In this document: piece after piece, positions 45,121 through 57,300 of the stretch | Numbering within the stretch: position 1 is the stretch's first letter | How the letters are laid out: each line of letters opens with the position of its first letter | Assembly: GCF_009914755.1 (NCBI RefSeq) | Contig: NC_060930.1 | Reading direction: 5' to 3' (one strand) | DNA length: 64,000 bases | Source: the human T2T-CHM13v2.0 reference genome, Homo sapiens | Translations under genes and position numbers: made by a program | Notes under the pieces: generated by a model | What the model was told of the DNA's origin: nothing | The model's database searches: none | Seen by the model: the letters and a program-made list of their open reading frames with translations, nothing else

Positions 45121-45245
45121 TATCAAGTTTGGCAAACAGGTTGCGAAACTGGAACCTTTGTGTAATGCATTTGGAAATACAAAATAGGGCACCTGTTATG
45201 GAAAACAGTGTGTTGATTCCTCCAAAAATTAAAAAATGAATTACC
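44495..45245 (+). mobile_element. L1 ORF2 fragment with (CA)n at 45078-45116, in MICE intron 1
   Basis: ttcaacaaatggtgctagg...aaaattaact...gaaaatatttgcaaatcat...gggaaatgcaaatcaaaaccacaatga. Confidence 0.82.
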
Positions 45246-45246
45246 A

Positions 45247-45543
45247 GCTAGGTGTGGTGGCTCACGCCTGTAATCCCAGCACTTTGGGAGGCTTAGGCAG
45301 GCAGATCACGAGGTCAGGAGATTGAGACCATCCCGGTCAACATGGTGAAACCCAGTCTCTATTAAAATACAAAATATTAGCTAGGTGTGGTGGTGGGCAC
45401 TTGTAATCCCAGCTACTTAGGAGGCTAAGGCAGGGGAATCACTTGAATCCGGGAGGCGGAGCTTGCAGTGAGCCGAGACCGCGCCACTGCACTCCAACTT
45501 TGGCGACAGAGGGAGGCGCCGTCTCAAAAAAAAAAAAAAAAAG
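45247..45543 (+). mobile_element. Alu (AluSc-like)
   Basis: gctaggtgtggtggctcacgcctgtaatccc...gatcacgaggtcaggagattgagaccatcc...gtctcaaaaa. Confidence 0.9.
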
Positions 45544-46379
45544 AAGCAGTTGGACACACGGCCTGTGTTGGGTCTGGGTAGAGGAGGACAGATGTGCAGG
45601 GCAAGGACTGGAGGATGGGGTGAGCATGGTGTGGGGGTGACCCTGGGGGAACTTTGGTTAGGGTGAGGACAGGAGGGGAGGGTGCTCTGAGTGAGGGTGG
45701 GGCTTGGGAAAGATGAGAACTTGCTGAGGGCCCAAGGCAGCTGGGCAAGAGGTAGGAGCAGCACAAGGTCCCAAGGCGGAGAGGGGCGGAGGGACCAGGG
45801 AGGGATGGTCCAGCACCCGTGGGCTGGAGTGGGGGGTCCTCAAGAGGGTGGGGCTGAGGATGAAGGAGTAGGGAAGGGGCCACCGTGAGGCAGGGCCCAG
45901 AGCAGGCACCTGCACTAGAGGGGAGGGGGCATCTGCCCTGCCCTGTGCCCTGCCTAAGGCCCAACCAACATTAGCACTAGGGCTCCCCTTGGGTGGTCTA
46001 GAGGGGAGTGGGACGGAGGGAAGACCCTGGGACAAAAGGCGGCACCAGAGAGTTAGGGTCAGGGAGAGTTAGGAGTGGGAGGCATAGGGGCAGCCCTGGG
46101 TTAAGGCTGCTTCTAGGAAAGGCCCATAAGGGAGGCAGGAGGGACCTGCGGTGGCGGGGGCAGGGGATGAGGCAGAGGACATCCTAGAAATGTATCAGAG
46201 AACTGCAGATAGGAAGGGGTAACAGGGAGCTGGGAGGGCAACAGGACCCAAGGTGCCCTGAGGGCAGGGGAGGAGGTGGGAGGGAATCTGGTGTCCTTAG
46301 ATCACCGGAGTTAATAGTAGCAGGGAAGGATGCAAGACAAGAGAGGATCCCCGGCAGCGGGAGGCCAGGGGAGAATGAG

Positions 46380-46610
46380 CTGGGGATGAGAGAAGTCGCA
46401 GGAAGAATCCTCTGCCCGGAGCCTGCAGACTCCAACCCCTCAGCGTGAGGGTCAGGAGCCCCACAGTCCCCACAGCAGCAGGAAGCACTAGCTCCGGGTC
46501 CCGAGAAAGGAGGGCCCCAACTCCAGGAGATGCGGCCCAGGAGCTGAGAACACGTCGGCTCCGGGAGAGGACAGGGCTTCAGGGACCTTAGGGCCGCCCC
46601 CAGCACCGAG
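46380..46610 (+). pseudogene. HCG9P5: HCG9-paralogous segment antisense to MICE intron 1
   Basis: Position in MIC intron 1 matches the recalled HCG9 paralog arrangement; no independent coding signal. Confidence 0.4.
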
Positions 46611-47159
46611 GGAGGTGGCTGCCTCAGCGGCCGCGCTGGAAGGGCCCTCGAATGCCATTCACAGGAGCAGCCCAGGAACCCAGGGGCCTCAGAAAGACGG
46701 GTTTGTCCGAAAAGTGAGAGGAGACGGAGGAGAGGAGAGGAGAGAAAGTGCAGGACAAGACCAGAAAATGCAGGGGGCGGGTGATGAGCGATCCCGAGGA
46801 GGACTGAAAAGAGACGTGGAAGCAGGGTTGAGGTGTGGCGGGAACGGGCCGCGTCCACTCCCCGCACCCCCGACAGCGCACCTGAGCCCCGCCTCGGTCG
46901 CACAGCGCTCGCCGCTACCCACCCGGACCCCCAGAAACGCCCCGCCGCTGCCGCTCCGCCGAGGACCGCCAGGAACCCCACTTACCAGCAGCAGCTCCCT
47001 GGGGTGCAAAAAGGGCAGTGCGGATCAGGAACAGCAGGACTAGGCTCATCTCCATGGCCCAGACTTTGCTTTCCTCGCAGTGGCTCAAGCGGCTGCCAAC
47101 CCAGCGGAGCCGCGAAGGCCCACCAGAAATTTCCTGTCACCTGGCCCCACCCCAGTGAC

Positions 47160-47250
47160 CGCTCACCCAATGAAAACTGGCGCCCGCAGCTTAGGGCCAA
47201 TCACGAGCTTGGAGGGCGGGGCCACACTCAGAAGGGAACGTTCCAGCGGT
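47160..47250 (-). promoter_or_regulatory. MIC-type proximal promoter in a CpG island: heat-shock element, GC box, two inverted CCAAT boxes
   Basis: AGAAG-GGAAC-GTTCC 47230-47244; gggcggggcc 47214-23; CCAAT at 47167-71 and 47197-201; CpG-rich 46500-47480. Confidence 0.75.
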
Positions 47251-48637
47251 CAGGAGACCTGGAGAACTTTGGCTGGCGGGACCTGGAGCCCAGAAAAGGG
47301 GGAGCGCGCGGAAGCGCCGCCAAATGCGGGGACTGGCTCCGAGCAGCTGAGAGTACAGCCCCAACCGCATGAGCACGACCTGGGCCCTGCCGCCCTCCCT
47401 GTATTGCGACCACCCCATCCCCGCACCCCCACCCCTAGGATAGCGTGCCTCACCAAGACCGTTTCGCCAGCCACCCCATCAAGCTGACTGTCATTCGCTT
47501 GTTCTTTCCAGGACACACTTACAGAAGAGACGAGGCCTGGTTATTCTTCCAACACACTCCCCTCAGCCGCGCACAGCGTTACTGGCTATGTGGCCAGTGA
47601 CCAGATTTGCAGACCTGTTTCCAGACCTCAGCTACCTCTGTTTCTGAAGCACCTGCCCCAGCTGATCCGCTAAGACGACAAATCTCTTAGACGTTTCAGC
47701 TTTACAATCTCCTTCTCCTCCCTTTTACTCAAAGCTAGGTCCCCTTTCTTATGGTCACTTCCTGTAAGTGTGTGAGGTCTCCCGGGGCTGCCTCTCTATT
47801 CAGCCCCTGGGTGATCAAAAGGCCAAGGAGGCAGCTTGCCAGTGTCCACTCCAACACCAAGCTCTCCCCAGACTCCCTTTTCCAGCCTGCTTTAGGACAT
47901 CTGTACCTCTGAGACCATAGTAGCTTCCAATGTGACAGGTCTACAAGGACACTCTACACGTCTCGCATGACATCATCCTCTCTTCCTCCCCTGTTTCTCT
48001 TTCCGTGGTGCCTTCTGATTTCCCCCTTTTCCTTCTCAAGTACTCAAAGCTCCTCCAACCCTATTTTGATCCCACAGCCACTACTTTAGTCTCGGCTTTC
48101 AGCCTAGATCACTGCACAGGATTCAGCCTAGATTACTGTACAGGCTTCCTAAACACTGTGACTGTCCCAGCTATAGTCAGAGTGCTCTAAGACCCCCACA
48201 GCACCCCATGTGCTGAATGTCACACGTGAGGTCTCTACCATGGAAGCCACAGCTGCCACAACCTCCTGTCTGTCACCACCCCCATTTCTCTGGTGACATC
48301 CCTCTTTCCAGTGTTGCAGTAAAAGTGGGCTCCCCAATCTCCTTGCCCTGTCCCACCGGGATGCCACTGCCTAAGCAGTCTCCTGCTTCCAGATTACTGT
48401 CACTTCTGCCTCTGAGCCCATTAGACCGTGTCACATCCTTAAATCTTCCCAATTAGGCTGGTCAGAGTGTAGTGGTGTTTACAACTAATTGATCACAACC
48501 AATTACAGATTTCTTTTTTCCTTCTCCGCTCCCACTGCTTTACTTGACTAGCCTTTAAAAAAAGAAAATCTTCCCAATTAGATAATAGCGACTGTGGCAC
48601 GATGTTGTGATTATGCTAAAAGCCACTGACCAGTACA

Positions 48638-49294
48638 TTTTTTTTTTTAACCAGGAACACCTGCACTTTATTGAATGCCATTGTAGAAAAGTGTGTGAGG
48701 ATAAAGGGCTGATACAGAACTCAGCTCTGGGGCCAGGACGAGGAATGGAAGTTGGAGTATGTGGAATACAGGTCATGGGCAGAGCTCCTGGCCTGGATGA
48801 TGCCTCCTGATCTATCGACAGACTGGGAAGATCAACACTAGGATGATGATGGTGAGCAGAATGGTCATGATGATGCACACAATCAGGGCTCAGATGTTCA
48901 GGTACTTGGCAGTGGAGGCATAGGCCTGGGCCCCAGTCAGGTCTCCAACCATCTTCCTGTCCCTAGACTTCAGGGAGTAGGTGAATGCTATGAATCCCAG
49001 GCAGTGGGGGTTCATGAAGAGGATGTTGGACAGGGACCAGACAACATAGTCAGACACAGGAGGTCTCGCTGCAGATATGGATCATGGTGGACATTGAGGG
49101 AGCAGGGTTGTGGGGCGCCCCCAGCACAGCCACCTCATGCTCCTCCTTGAGCATCTCATAGCTGGGGTTGGGGGGCGGGGGAGGGCAGCCACTGTTGGCA
49201 GGAATGAAGAAGGTTTGGGCAGTGTGGTTCATGGTGTCCAGCAAAGACCAGCTGTGGTCAGGTTGCTGGGATGGTTCTGAGTGGGCCCTGGACT
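48638..49294 (-). pseudogene. IFITM4P: Processed pseudogene of an IFITM3-type interferon-induced transmembrane protein
   Basis: ATG 49232 MNHTAQTFF...[21 protein letters not shown]; +1 frameshift gives TGA at 49050-52; parental stop 48812-14; AATAAA, poly-A (poly-T 48638-48648) and TSD GTACATTTTT at 48633 and 49295. Confidence 0.93.
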
Positions 49295-49428
49295 GTACAT
49301 TTTTAAATGGTAAATTACGTGGCACATAAATTATATCTCGATAATAAAACACCATGCAAAAGCCTCTTTCTACTGAAAGAATCATCTCGTCCCCAACACA
49401 CACGTCTCTTACTCTTTGGAACATCTAG

Positions 49429-49607
49429 CCAGTGGTCCTCAAACCTAGCCACTTCACAGAACCACCTGGAGAGTTTTTAATATCCACGGTCCCAGGTCAC
49501 AGCCAAAACCAATTGAATCAGTAAGGCTAGGTTGGACCTAAGCTTCAATATCTTTTAAAGCTCTCTACGTGCTTCCAATGTGTAGGCAAGTTTTAGAACC
49601 ACTGTTC
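49429..49607. mobile_element. MER5A-like DNA transposon
   Basis: cagtggtcctcaaac...accacctggagag...ttttaaagctctc...agaaccactg. Confidence 0.65.
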
Positions 49608-49672
49608 TAGCCCATGGTTTGAACCTCCCTGATGGGTACCAACTTTGCCTGCATTCTTGAACTCCATCTACT

Positions 49673-49843
49673 ATTTATTTATTTATTTATTTTTAAGAGG
49701 GGGAGATCTCACTCTGCCGCCAGTTGGAGGGCATCAGTGTGATCACAGCTCACTGCAGCTTCAGATGCCTGGGCCCAAGCAATCCAGCCACTTCAGCCTC
49801 CTGAGTACCTGGGACTGTAGGTGAGTGTCACCATGCCCAGCTG
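49673..49843 (-). mobile_element. Alu right-arm fragment
   Basis: tctcactctg...gatcacagctcactgcagc...gggactgtagg...ccatgcccagct. Confidence 0.7.
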
Positions 49844-50549
49844 TCATCTACCATCTTGTACCATCCCCCACTACACGATGAACAGTCCATGATCTGGAAC
49901 TGTGTTCATTCTATCTTTGTCACTCTTACAAACATTTTTTAAAACTGAACTATACCTATAATTACTAACCATTCCTCTTAAAACTCCTAGCCTACACATT
50001 TCTGTGAGTGAAAATTTAAGCATCACAGGGTTTTAACAATTACTTAGATTTCCCATCCACATTCACTGATTATTTATTTTGATCATCATAATCTATTGCG
50101 CACAGCAGGGACTGGGGTCCTGTCCCCACCTTAGGGGGATTATTTACACTCCTAAAGATTACAAGAGTAGTGAGGGGCAGAGAGGTGGTCTCAGCTCTCC
50201 TGACAGAGGTCTCCCTTCCCTCCACAGTGTCTACCCTCCCTCCAGGACGACCTTCCTCCCTGTGCCAGCTCTAGCAAAGGGTCTCATTCAGCTCACCCCA
50301 AAAAATACTTTTAATACTTAAATAACGACAATAATAATAATATACAAGGTTAGTTCCAAGGCATGTAGAGGTGATGGCCAGCAGAGGTGAAGCCAATCCA
50401 CCCTTTCTGGGCTAGGGGAAGCCCAGATGGTCTTCCGCTCGGGGTGAGGCACTCCCCAGGGTCCAGGCCTGGCTGCCCGTCCCCCACCAAGTCTCCCAGG
50501 CCTTCTGTCCAATGCCCTCTCCCTCCACCCCACCTCCAGCCCCTTCTGC

Positions 50550-51420
50550 TCTGCCCCATCAACTACGTTTTCTTCCTCAGGACTCGCCTTAGACCTCTGA
50601 ACTCCGGGGCACAGAGGCGACTTCCTCCTCGCAGACTTTAGGCGCCACTGCTGGGTCCGGAAAAGAAAGAGAAAGGACCCAGTGCGGTCGCTTACAGAAC
50701 CCAGGGCGGGGTTGGGCTGGGCGCCCGCGCGCGTTTTCAAGCCTGCGGCCCGGAGTTCACTGCGAGGACTGAGATCACCCGTCACCCCGCCCTGGTCTAC
50801 AAGTGTTTGCTGATATAGAAACGGAATAACGGCGCTGTGGGCTGGGGAGGACGGAGTTGCCTTCAGGCTTCTGGTCTCCAGCCGCGGGGCACTCACAGCT
50901 GCCGCTGTGAAAATGCAGACCTGTGGGGCAGGAATTCCGAGTCCGGGGTGGAGCGCGATGTGGAATCTGACTCGCTTGAAACAGCACCGCGGTGGATTCG
51001 GATCCGGGTGAGTAGGGAAATGCGCCTCAGCCCCTCCCACGGGCCGCCCACGGATTCCAGGATCCGAAAACGCTTCCAGCTGCTCCGCCACCCCAGGAAG
51101 GCAGCGCCTGCCTCTGGGCGGTTCTGACGGAAACTGGCTCCTCCGCCTGCAGGAAAACTCACAACTAAGGGGCCAGGAGAAAGCCTCTCAGGGTCCCGCC
51201 CCTTCAGTGAGGATCCTAAATTTACATCCCGAGTGTGGCCCCATCAAAGACTGGAGCGACGTTCACTGAAATGATACAAGACCAGCAGGGGCGCAGGGCA
51301 CTGCGGCCCTCAGAATGCGGTGACAGCGCCGCCTCGCGTCCCTTCCCCGACCTGCCCCAGGCGGACGCGGTGACGTGTGTTGGCCTCGAGGCTGGAATAC
51401 ACCGGGGATCAAGTGCAGAG
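50550..51420. promoter_or_regulatory. CpG island about 3.5-4 kb upstream of MICE; candidate upstream MIC-type promoter
   Basis: High CpG/GC content outside recognisable repeats; minus-strand donor GCT|GTGAGT at 50896; GC boxes. Confidence 0.6.
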
Positions 51421-52139
51421 AAGGGAGAAAGTAGGGAAGGATGGCTGGGGGGTGGGGGTGGGGGGAGCGTGTTGAAGAAAAAAGGGAAGAGAGAGGAAGG
51501 AAAGAGGAGAAAAAAGGTGAAGAAGAGAATAACATTTAAAATATAGAGTTTTATTATTTCTAACTTTTATTTTTGGTTTTTATCTAGTTTTGGTATGTAT
51601 GAATATTCTTAACATAGCTTTATCTCTGTCTCTCTCTCTGAATCTGTAAATATACAGTAATATATATACACACGTAAGCCTCTACCTGCCGATGTGTCAG
51701 GGTGTGTCTCTTGGGCACAGAAACAAGGTTTTTGTTTTGTTTTGTTTTACATAAGCAAAGTACAAATCTCAAAGAAGATATATTTTAAAAGCCATTTTAT
51801 TGGGACTTGCTTTGCATACAATCAAATGTATCTAAAATGTATCTATTTGAAATGCATAGCTCGTTGTGTTTTGGCTGTTGTACACACCCACATCTCCACT
51901 ACCACAATGAAGATGTAGAACATTTCCATCGTCCTCCAAAGAACTGCTATGCAATACAATTTTATAGGGTCATAAAAGAGGTAAGATCAGTTTTAAGTAT
52001 TGTTATGAGAAGATGTGTGCGTCTCATACTTTTAACCATTTATTAAAAGATGAGGATATACTGAATTATAATGCCAGTAATACCACTTCCATAATGTATA
52101 TTTTAAGTAGGGAAAAACCTGGAAGATTTCTCACCAAAG

Positions 52140-52471
52140 TTTTTTTTTTTTTTTTTTTTTGAGACAGAGTCTAGCTCTGTCGCCCAGGCTGGAGTGCAGT
52201 GGCGCGATCTCGGCTCACTGCAAGCTCCGCCTCCTGGGTTCACGCCATTCTCCTGGGTTCACGCCATCCTCCTGCCTCAGCCTCCCGAGTAGCTGGGACT
52301 ACAGACGCCCGCCACCACACTAATTTTTTGTATTTTTTTGTATTTTTTTTTTTGGTAGAGACGGGGTTTCACCGTGTTGGCCAGGATAGTCTCGATCTCC
52401 TGACCTCGTGATCTGCCCGCCTCGGCCTCCCAAAGTGCTGGGATTACAGTCGTGAGCCACCGCGCCTGGCC
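52140..52471 (-). mobile_element. AluY inserted in the A tail of the adjacent AluSx
   Basis: AluY diagnostics (gcaagctccgcctcc, tcgatctcctgacctcgtgatc); 19-bp internal tandem duplication at 52231-52268. Confidence 0.9.
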
Positions 52472-52777
<306 letters not shown>

Positions 52778-52884
52778 CTCACCAAAGTCTTGACAGTGAC
52801 TCCAGGGACTACAATAACTTGGTGATTTTCACTTTCTCTGAAATGTTGGAATTTTATATTACAGTATTAACTTGGATTTGGCTT

Positions 52885-53035
52885 GGCCCGGTGGCTTGTA
52901 CCTGTAATTTCAGCTCTGGAAGGTGAGGCAGAATTGCTTGAGACCAGGAGTTCGAGGCTGCATTGAGCTATGATTGTGTTACTGCACTCCAGCCTGGGTG
53001 ACGAATGGAGACATTGTTTCAAAAAAAGAAAAATA
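52885..53035 (+). mobile_element. Alu monomer (FLAM/FRAM-like)
   Basis: ggcccggtggcttgtacctgtaat...cactccagcctgggtgac. Confidence 0.7.
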
Positions 53036-54278
53036 AATGCAATTAAAAATAAAAATAAACCTGAATTTGTATGGAGGTTAAGGAAGAGTATATCTCAGTT
53101 TGAAACATTATGAAGCTAAGCCCCAAACCCAAATAGTTAGAGATTTTTAAATACCAAAGTGTTAATTAAAACTCAACACCAGAAACTCTCTTTTAAGAGT
53201 ATCCTTCATATTTTCATGGCATTGACTCTTTCTTAGTGTCTTTGACAGAAATGTTTTTAGTGGAGTAGAGATACATGTAATAAAATTTACAGAAGGGCTA
53301 TAATAAAGAGGGAAACGCAAAATCGAGTCTGACACAGGAGACCCTGTTCCATTTATACTCAAAGCAACTTTGAAAACTGCGCCGTCATGGTGTCTTTGGG
53401 TTGAGACAAAGTCGAAGCAAATTTTGTTCCTAGAGTATTGATTTCCCCTTTCCAATGGCTAAAGGCTTTCGGAACTAGTCTGAAAACTCAGGCTCTGACT
53501 TTGGATCTAAAGAAGTGTCAAGAATGTGCGGGCAGTGGCGCTGCATGAATCTAGCGGGTCTGGGCGATGCTCTCTCCGGCTCTACCCAGTAGCAATTGCG
53601 GTAAGGACAGGACGCAGCGAAATTGTACCAGTGAGTCAGAGGCCAAAGGAGGAATCCTGGCCCAACAGCGCAGAGTGTGCTTTGTTAAGGTGGGGATCAG
53701 GTAGCGGAGGGAAGGCAAGGACACTCGGAATAAATGGCAGAGGAAGAAGGCGCGCGAGGGAAGACCCAAAGCCTTCCGACCCCTCCTTCCTTTCCTTCCT
53801 GTTGGGGTTGAAGGGCACCAGCCGGTGGGGTGCAGAGAATGGGAACAACTAGAGAGGGCGTGCCCCACACAGGCGTCCCGGCTCCCTTCTCCCAGCTACT
53901 ACTGATGAGTTCAAACTAGGAGGACACTAAGACGTGTCTTTTGCAAGGTAGACTCCTTATCTCGCACTCTGTCTGGTTTTCTAAATCCATCCTAATGAAA
54001 CACAAAAACCAAGAGCCAAATTCTGCGTGTGACTTTTCTGACCACTATAAGGTCCTCCCCCTCCCCATTTCTTGCGTGCTCCCCCCTTGCCTCGCCCCCT
54101 CCCCTTTGTCTCCACTTCCCCGCTCCTAAGTATCTCCTGCTTTCTTCAGAGGACTTCTCATGAAGTACAGACTCCTCCACCTCCAGGAAAAAGAGACAAA
54201 GTCCACTGAGAAGGACCTGAGGGATGCCTGTGACCCCGCCCCTGAGGTCAGCCCCTCCCGCATCGCTGGCTTTGACTC

Positions 54279-54340
54279 TGTATGTGTGTGTGTGTGTGTG
54301 TGTTTGTGTGTGTGCGCGCGCTTGTGTGTGTGTCTGTGTG
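54279..54340 (+). repeat. (TG)n with embedded (CG)n
   Basis: tgtgtgtg...gcgcgcgc...tgtgtg. Confidence 0.9.
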
Positions 54341-57300
54341 AATGTTAATGGAGAGTCAAAGTGCTAAACTCGGCATCTATCATAGGAAACTTCCTCACCT
54401 TGGCACTGCATGCAAGAGTCAGCGTATTTATGTGCACCTGTGCCTTTATTTCAGGAGCTGGAACAATTTTATTCATGAGATCCGCAGAGTGCCAACGCCC
54501 CCACCCCAGAAAGCTTAAGGGACTCTGCATTAGAGAAGAGGGTGAGATTGGAGGGGCCCCTGACTCCAAATCTCCTGATCCCCCCCCCACAAAGAGATGC
54601 TGAAAAAAAGTGCTGGACAATCCATTCCCTCCTGGGACCAGAGAGGAAGCCAGAGGCACCGTGGATGTCAAATTCCAGCAAAGAAACAATTACAGCAAAA
54701 TCTCCATGTCACATTTTTAAGCTTACACAATGGCTCAAATAGAACCAGCATCAAAAATCCCGAATTCCTGGTTCAGGTGGGATCACTGAAGTCTGCTGTT
54801 AGGCTTGGCAGGACCTGCAGGTAGAAAGAATGGCATCTCTATTTAGAGCTGCAGCCCAGTAGCCCCTGCTTCTTGGGCTCTTTGAAAAGACCCTCTCCCT
54901 TCAGCAGTGCACAGTGAGGCCATTTCTGGGGAAGAAATGTAGACTCTCCTTGGGGGAGGTTTTTATACTTAGTTACTGACTTTGCATTCGTTGACTTCAT
55001 CTTTGAACATCTTACAGTTACATAATTTGCTTTGACTCTAAGTGTAGAACAAGGAACTGTTCCTGAAGCAGAAAACTAAGGGTTGGTGACCTGCACTGTC
55101 ACCCCTCTCCATGGTGCTCTGATGCAATAAAATTGTGAGCCAACAAATCCATGGATAGGTAAACAGTAAACCATTTCAGCAAATGTTTCAGATGCTCCTT
55201 CGTGCCTAGCAATGTTCTAGCTTTACCCCAGCCTTAACATTCTAAAGTTTATATTTTCCTTGGTGTTGTTTTTAAAATAATTCATGTATGTTTATTACCA
55301 TGGGTTTGTTGCTGTAAACTCCTGGGAATGAACTGTAGAATTAAGTTAAGTAAATAAATGTGTGATTCTCCATTGACTTATTGCTAACACCATCTTAAAT
55401 ATTTGACCCCAAATCCAATCACTTCTCACTCCTCTACTACTTTACCCCAGAGCCAATCCTCTCTAGGATAGTAAATCAGATGGGCCTTCCAGCTGGGCTG
55501 CCTGCTGCTTCTCACACCTGCTGTCCATCACCCATGCAACAGGCAGAGCGAGCCTTTCAAATGGGAATTACTGCACATCCTCACCATCACATCCCACGGA
55601 CACTCCATCCTCTTCCTTTCTTAGTGCAATGAAATCCCAGTCTCCCACCATTTCCTACTAGCCCCTCAACACAGGGCATCTGTGGCCTCATCCCACTACT
55701 CTCAATAGAGCTTGCTGGTCTCCATTCACACCAGCCTCTTGTCACTGCTCTGTTCTTGTCTCTGGCTTAGAGCTACTTCCTGCTATGGTCCTTGGACTTG
55801 TGATGTGCAAGAAGTTCTCAGGTATGGGAGGGACTAGAATGATGGCTTTGCCCCATCTCACATGTAGGGATCCCACTGCTCTTGGGGGATTTGCTGAGTC
55901 ACTTCTCCCTGTTTCTGCTGGGGCTGGGGATGGTTAACCCAGTCAAGCCACACACCCTGAGAGGAAACCAGGTAGACAGGCTGACTGACAAGGAGGGTAC
56001 AGCCTGTCAAGTGGCCAATGACCCCAGTCAGAAGAGGTGAAGGGTGAGAGAGGAGGCTGCTGGGAACCAGAAGCTTGGCAGCCAGGAAGACTGAGAACAA
56101 TCAGGCTGACAGTAGAGGCTGTTCACTCTAAGCCCCAGGGTGCGGGGGAGGGTCCTTTACACCAGGGAGCTTCAGGTCTCGTGACTGTTTCTGGGCTCTG
56201 TACTCTCCTGATCCTCCATGAGGATTTTAAACAGTGAGATAAGGTATCCAGGGCCCCAGGAATCTGAATTACCTTTACCAAAGAGATCATTCTTCCATTT
56301 CATTTCTTATAAGATATGAAATATTAAATCAAACTAATACAGGATTAATGTGAAGCTAGCAGGTGTTTTGTGGATGGATTCCCCTGGCTGTTTATACTGG
56401 GGGAAGAAACAGGCCTGGCCCCATTCACAGATGAGAACAACAGGGTAGCCATACTCAGAGGACCTCAATACTGGGTGCTCCCAACCCTGCAGGAAAGACC
56501 CTCCCTGCAAACAGATGTACAGGAGGGTGACTGCAGGATCCCATGCTGTCTCTTTCTCCTCTCCTGAATCCTGGGTTTACCTTCCTAATTTCAGCTAAGT
56601 AGCTATATTAACCAGTTATTTAAGACTCACAGGGCCCCTCTCTACCATGGCACCTAACAGGGTCTTCTCTCCTCAAAAGAACTTCAGGAGGGGTCTACTC
56701 AATAAAAAGCAGCATGGAAGGGGCGGTAGGGGCAGCTCATCTCTAACTCCTGAAATAGACAGGATGGAGCCACCGTCTCATTCCTCACTTATCCTATGGT
56801 CCTGCCTCAAATACAGTCTCCTGCAGGCTCTGCTGGGTCTTTTTATTATCATTCTCCAGGTGGTGACCGGGTCCCTGATGCTGATGTGGTGCTCACAGCT
56901 TCCTGAAATATGACCCTTGGGGCCCAACACCAACAGGAGTTGAGGCCGGGGAGAAGCTTCAAGCTGTAGGGGATCTTTGGATTTGAAAGTAGGGGTTGGT
57001 CACGGGCTGTCTGTAATGCTCAGGGTGTCAAGGCTGAGAGTGGCTGAGCTGAATCTGCTCATTAGCATGTTCTCCACTGTTTGAGAGCTGCCTTGTGCAG
57101 ACCAGCAAGACACAGATTGTTCACAGCTCCCCTTGTCTCTTGGAAGACCCTGACTTCTCTTTCCCCAGCTGTGCAGCTGATGAGCTCTATCTCCTCCCAA
57201 GCATAGCAAGGGGAGGATGGTGGGAGTGAGGCCCACTCCTCTGATGCCCCAGAACCCCTTCCACGTAATCTCAATATCCAGGCCTGGTGTATCTCCCTGG

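Larger units (their letters stand above)
39715..47055 (-). pseudogene. MICE: MIC-family pseudogene; exons 47055-46986 (leader), 43816-43562 (alpha1), 43323-43039 (alpha2), 42633-42356 (alpha3), 42241-42098 (TM), 39944-39715 (cytoplasmic)
   Basis: MICA/B-like peptides [44 protein letters not shown]...[12 protein letters not shown] and [19 protein letters not shown]; exon 3 has a 1-nt deletion (~43285) and a stop; exon 4 acceptor is AG>AA with a 1-nt deletion. Confidence 0.92.

Noticed and set aside
46184-47516. Cluster of long ORFs (up to 265 aa) on both strands
   Set aside because: Expected in a GC-rich CpG island; only the 70-nt MICE exon 1 has homology and splice support
50318-51162. 257-aa minus-strand ORF
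   Set aside because: CpG-island composition, no recognisable domain, runs through a splice donor
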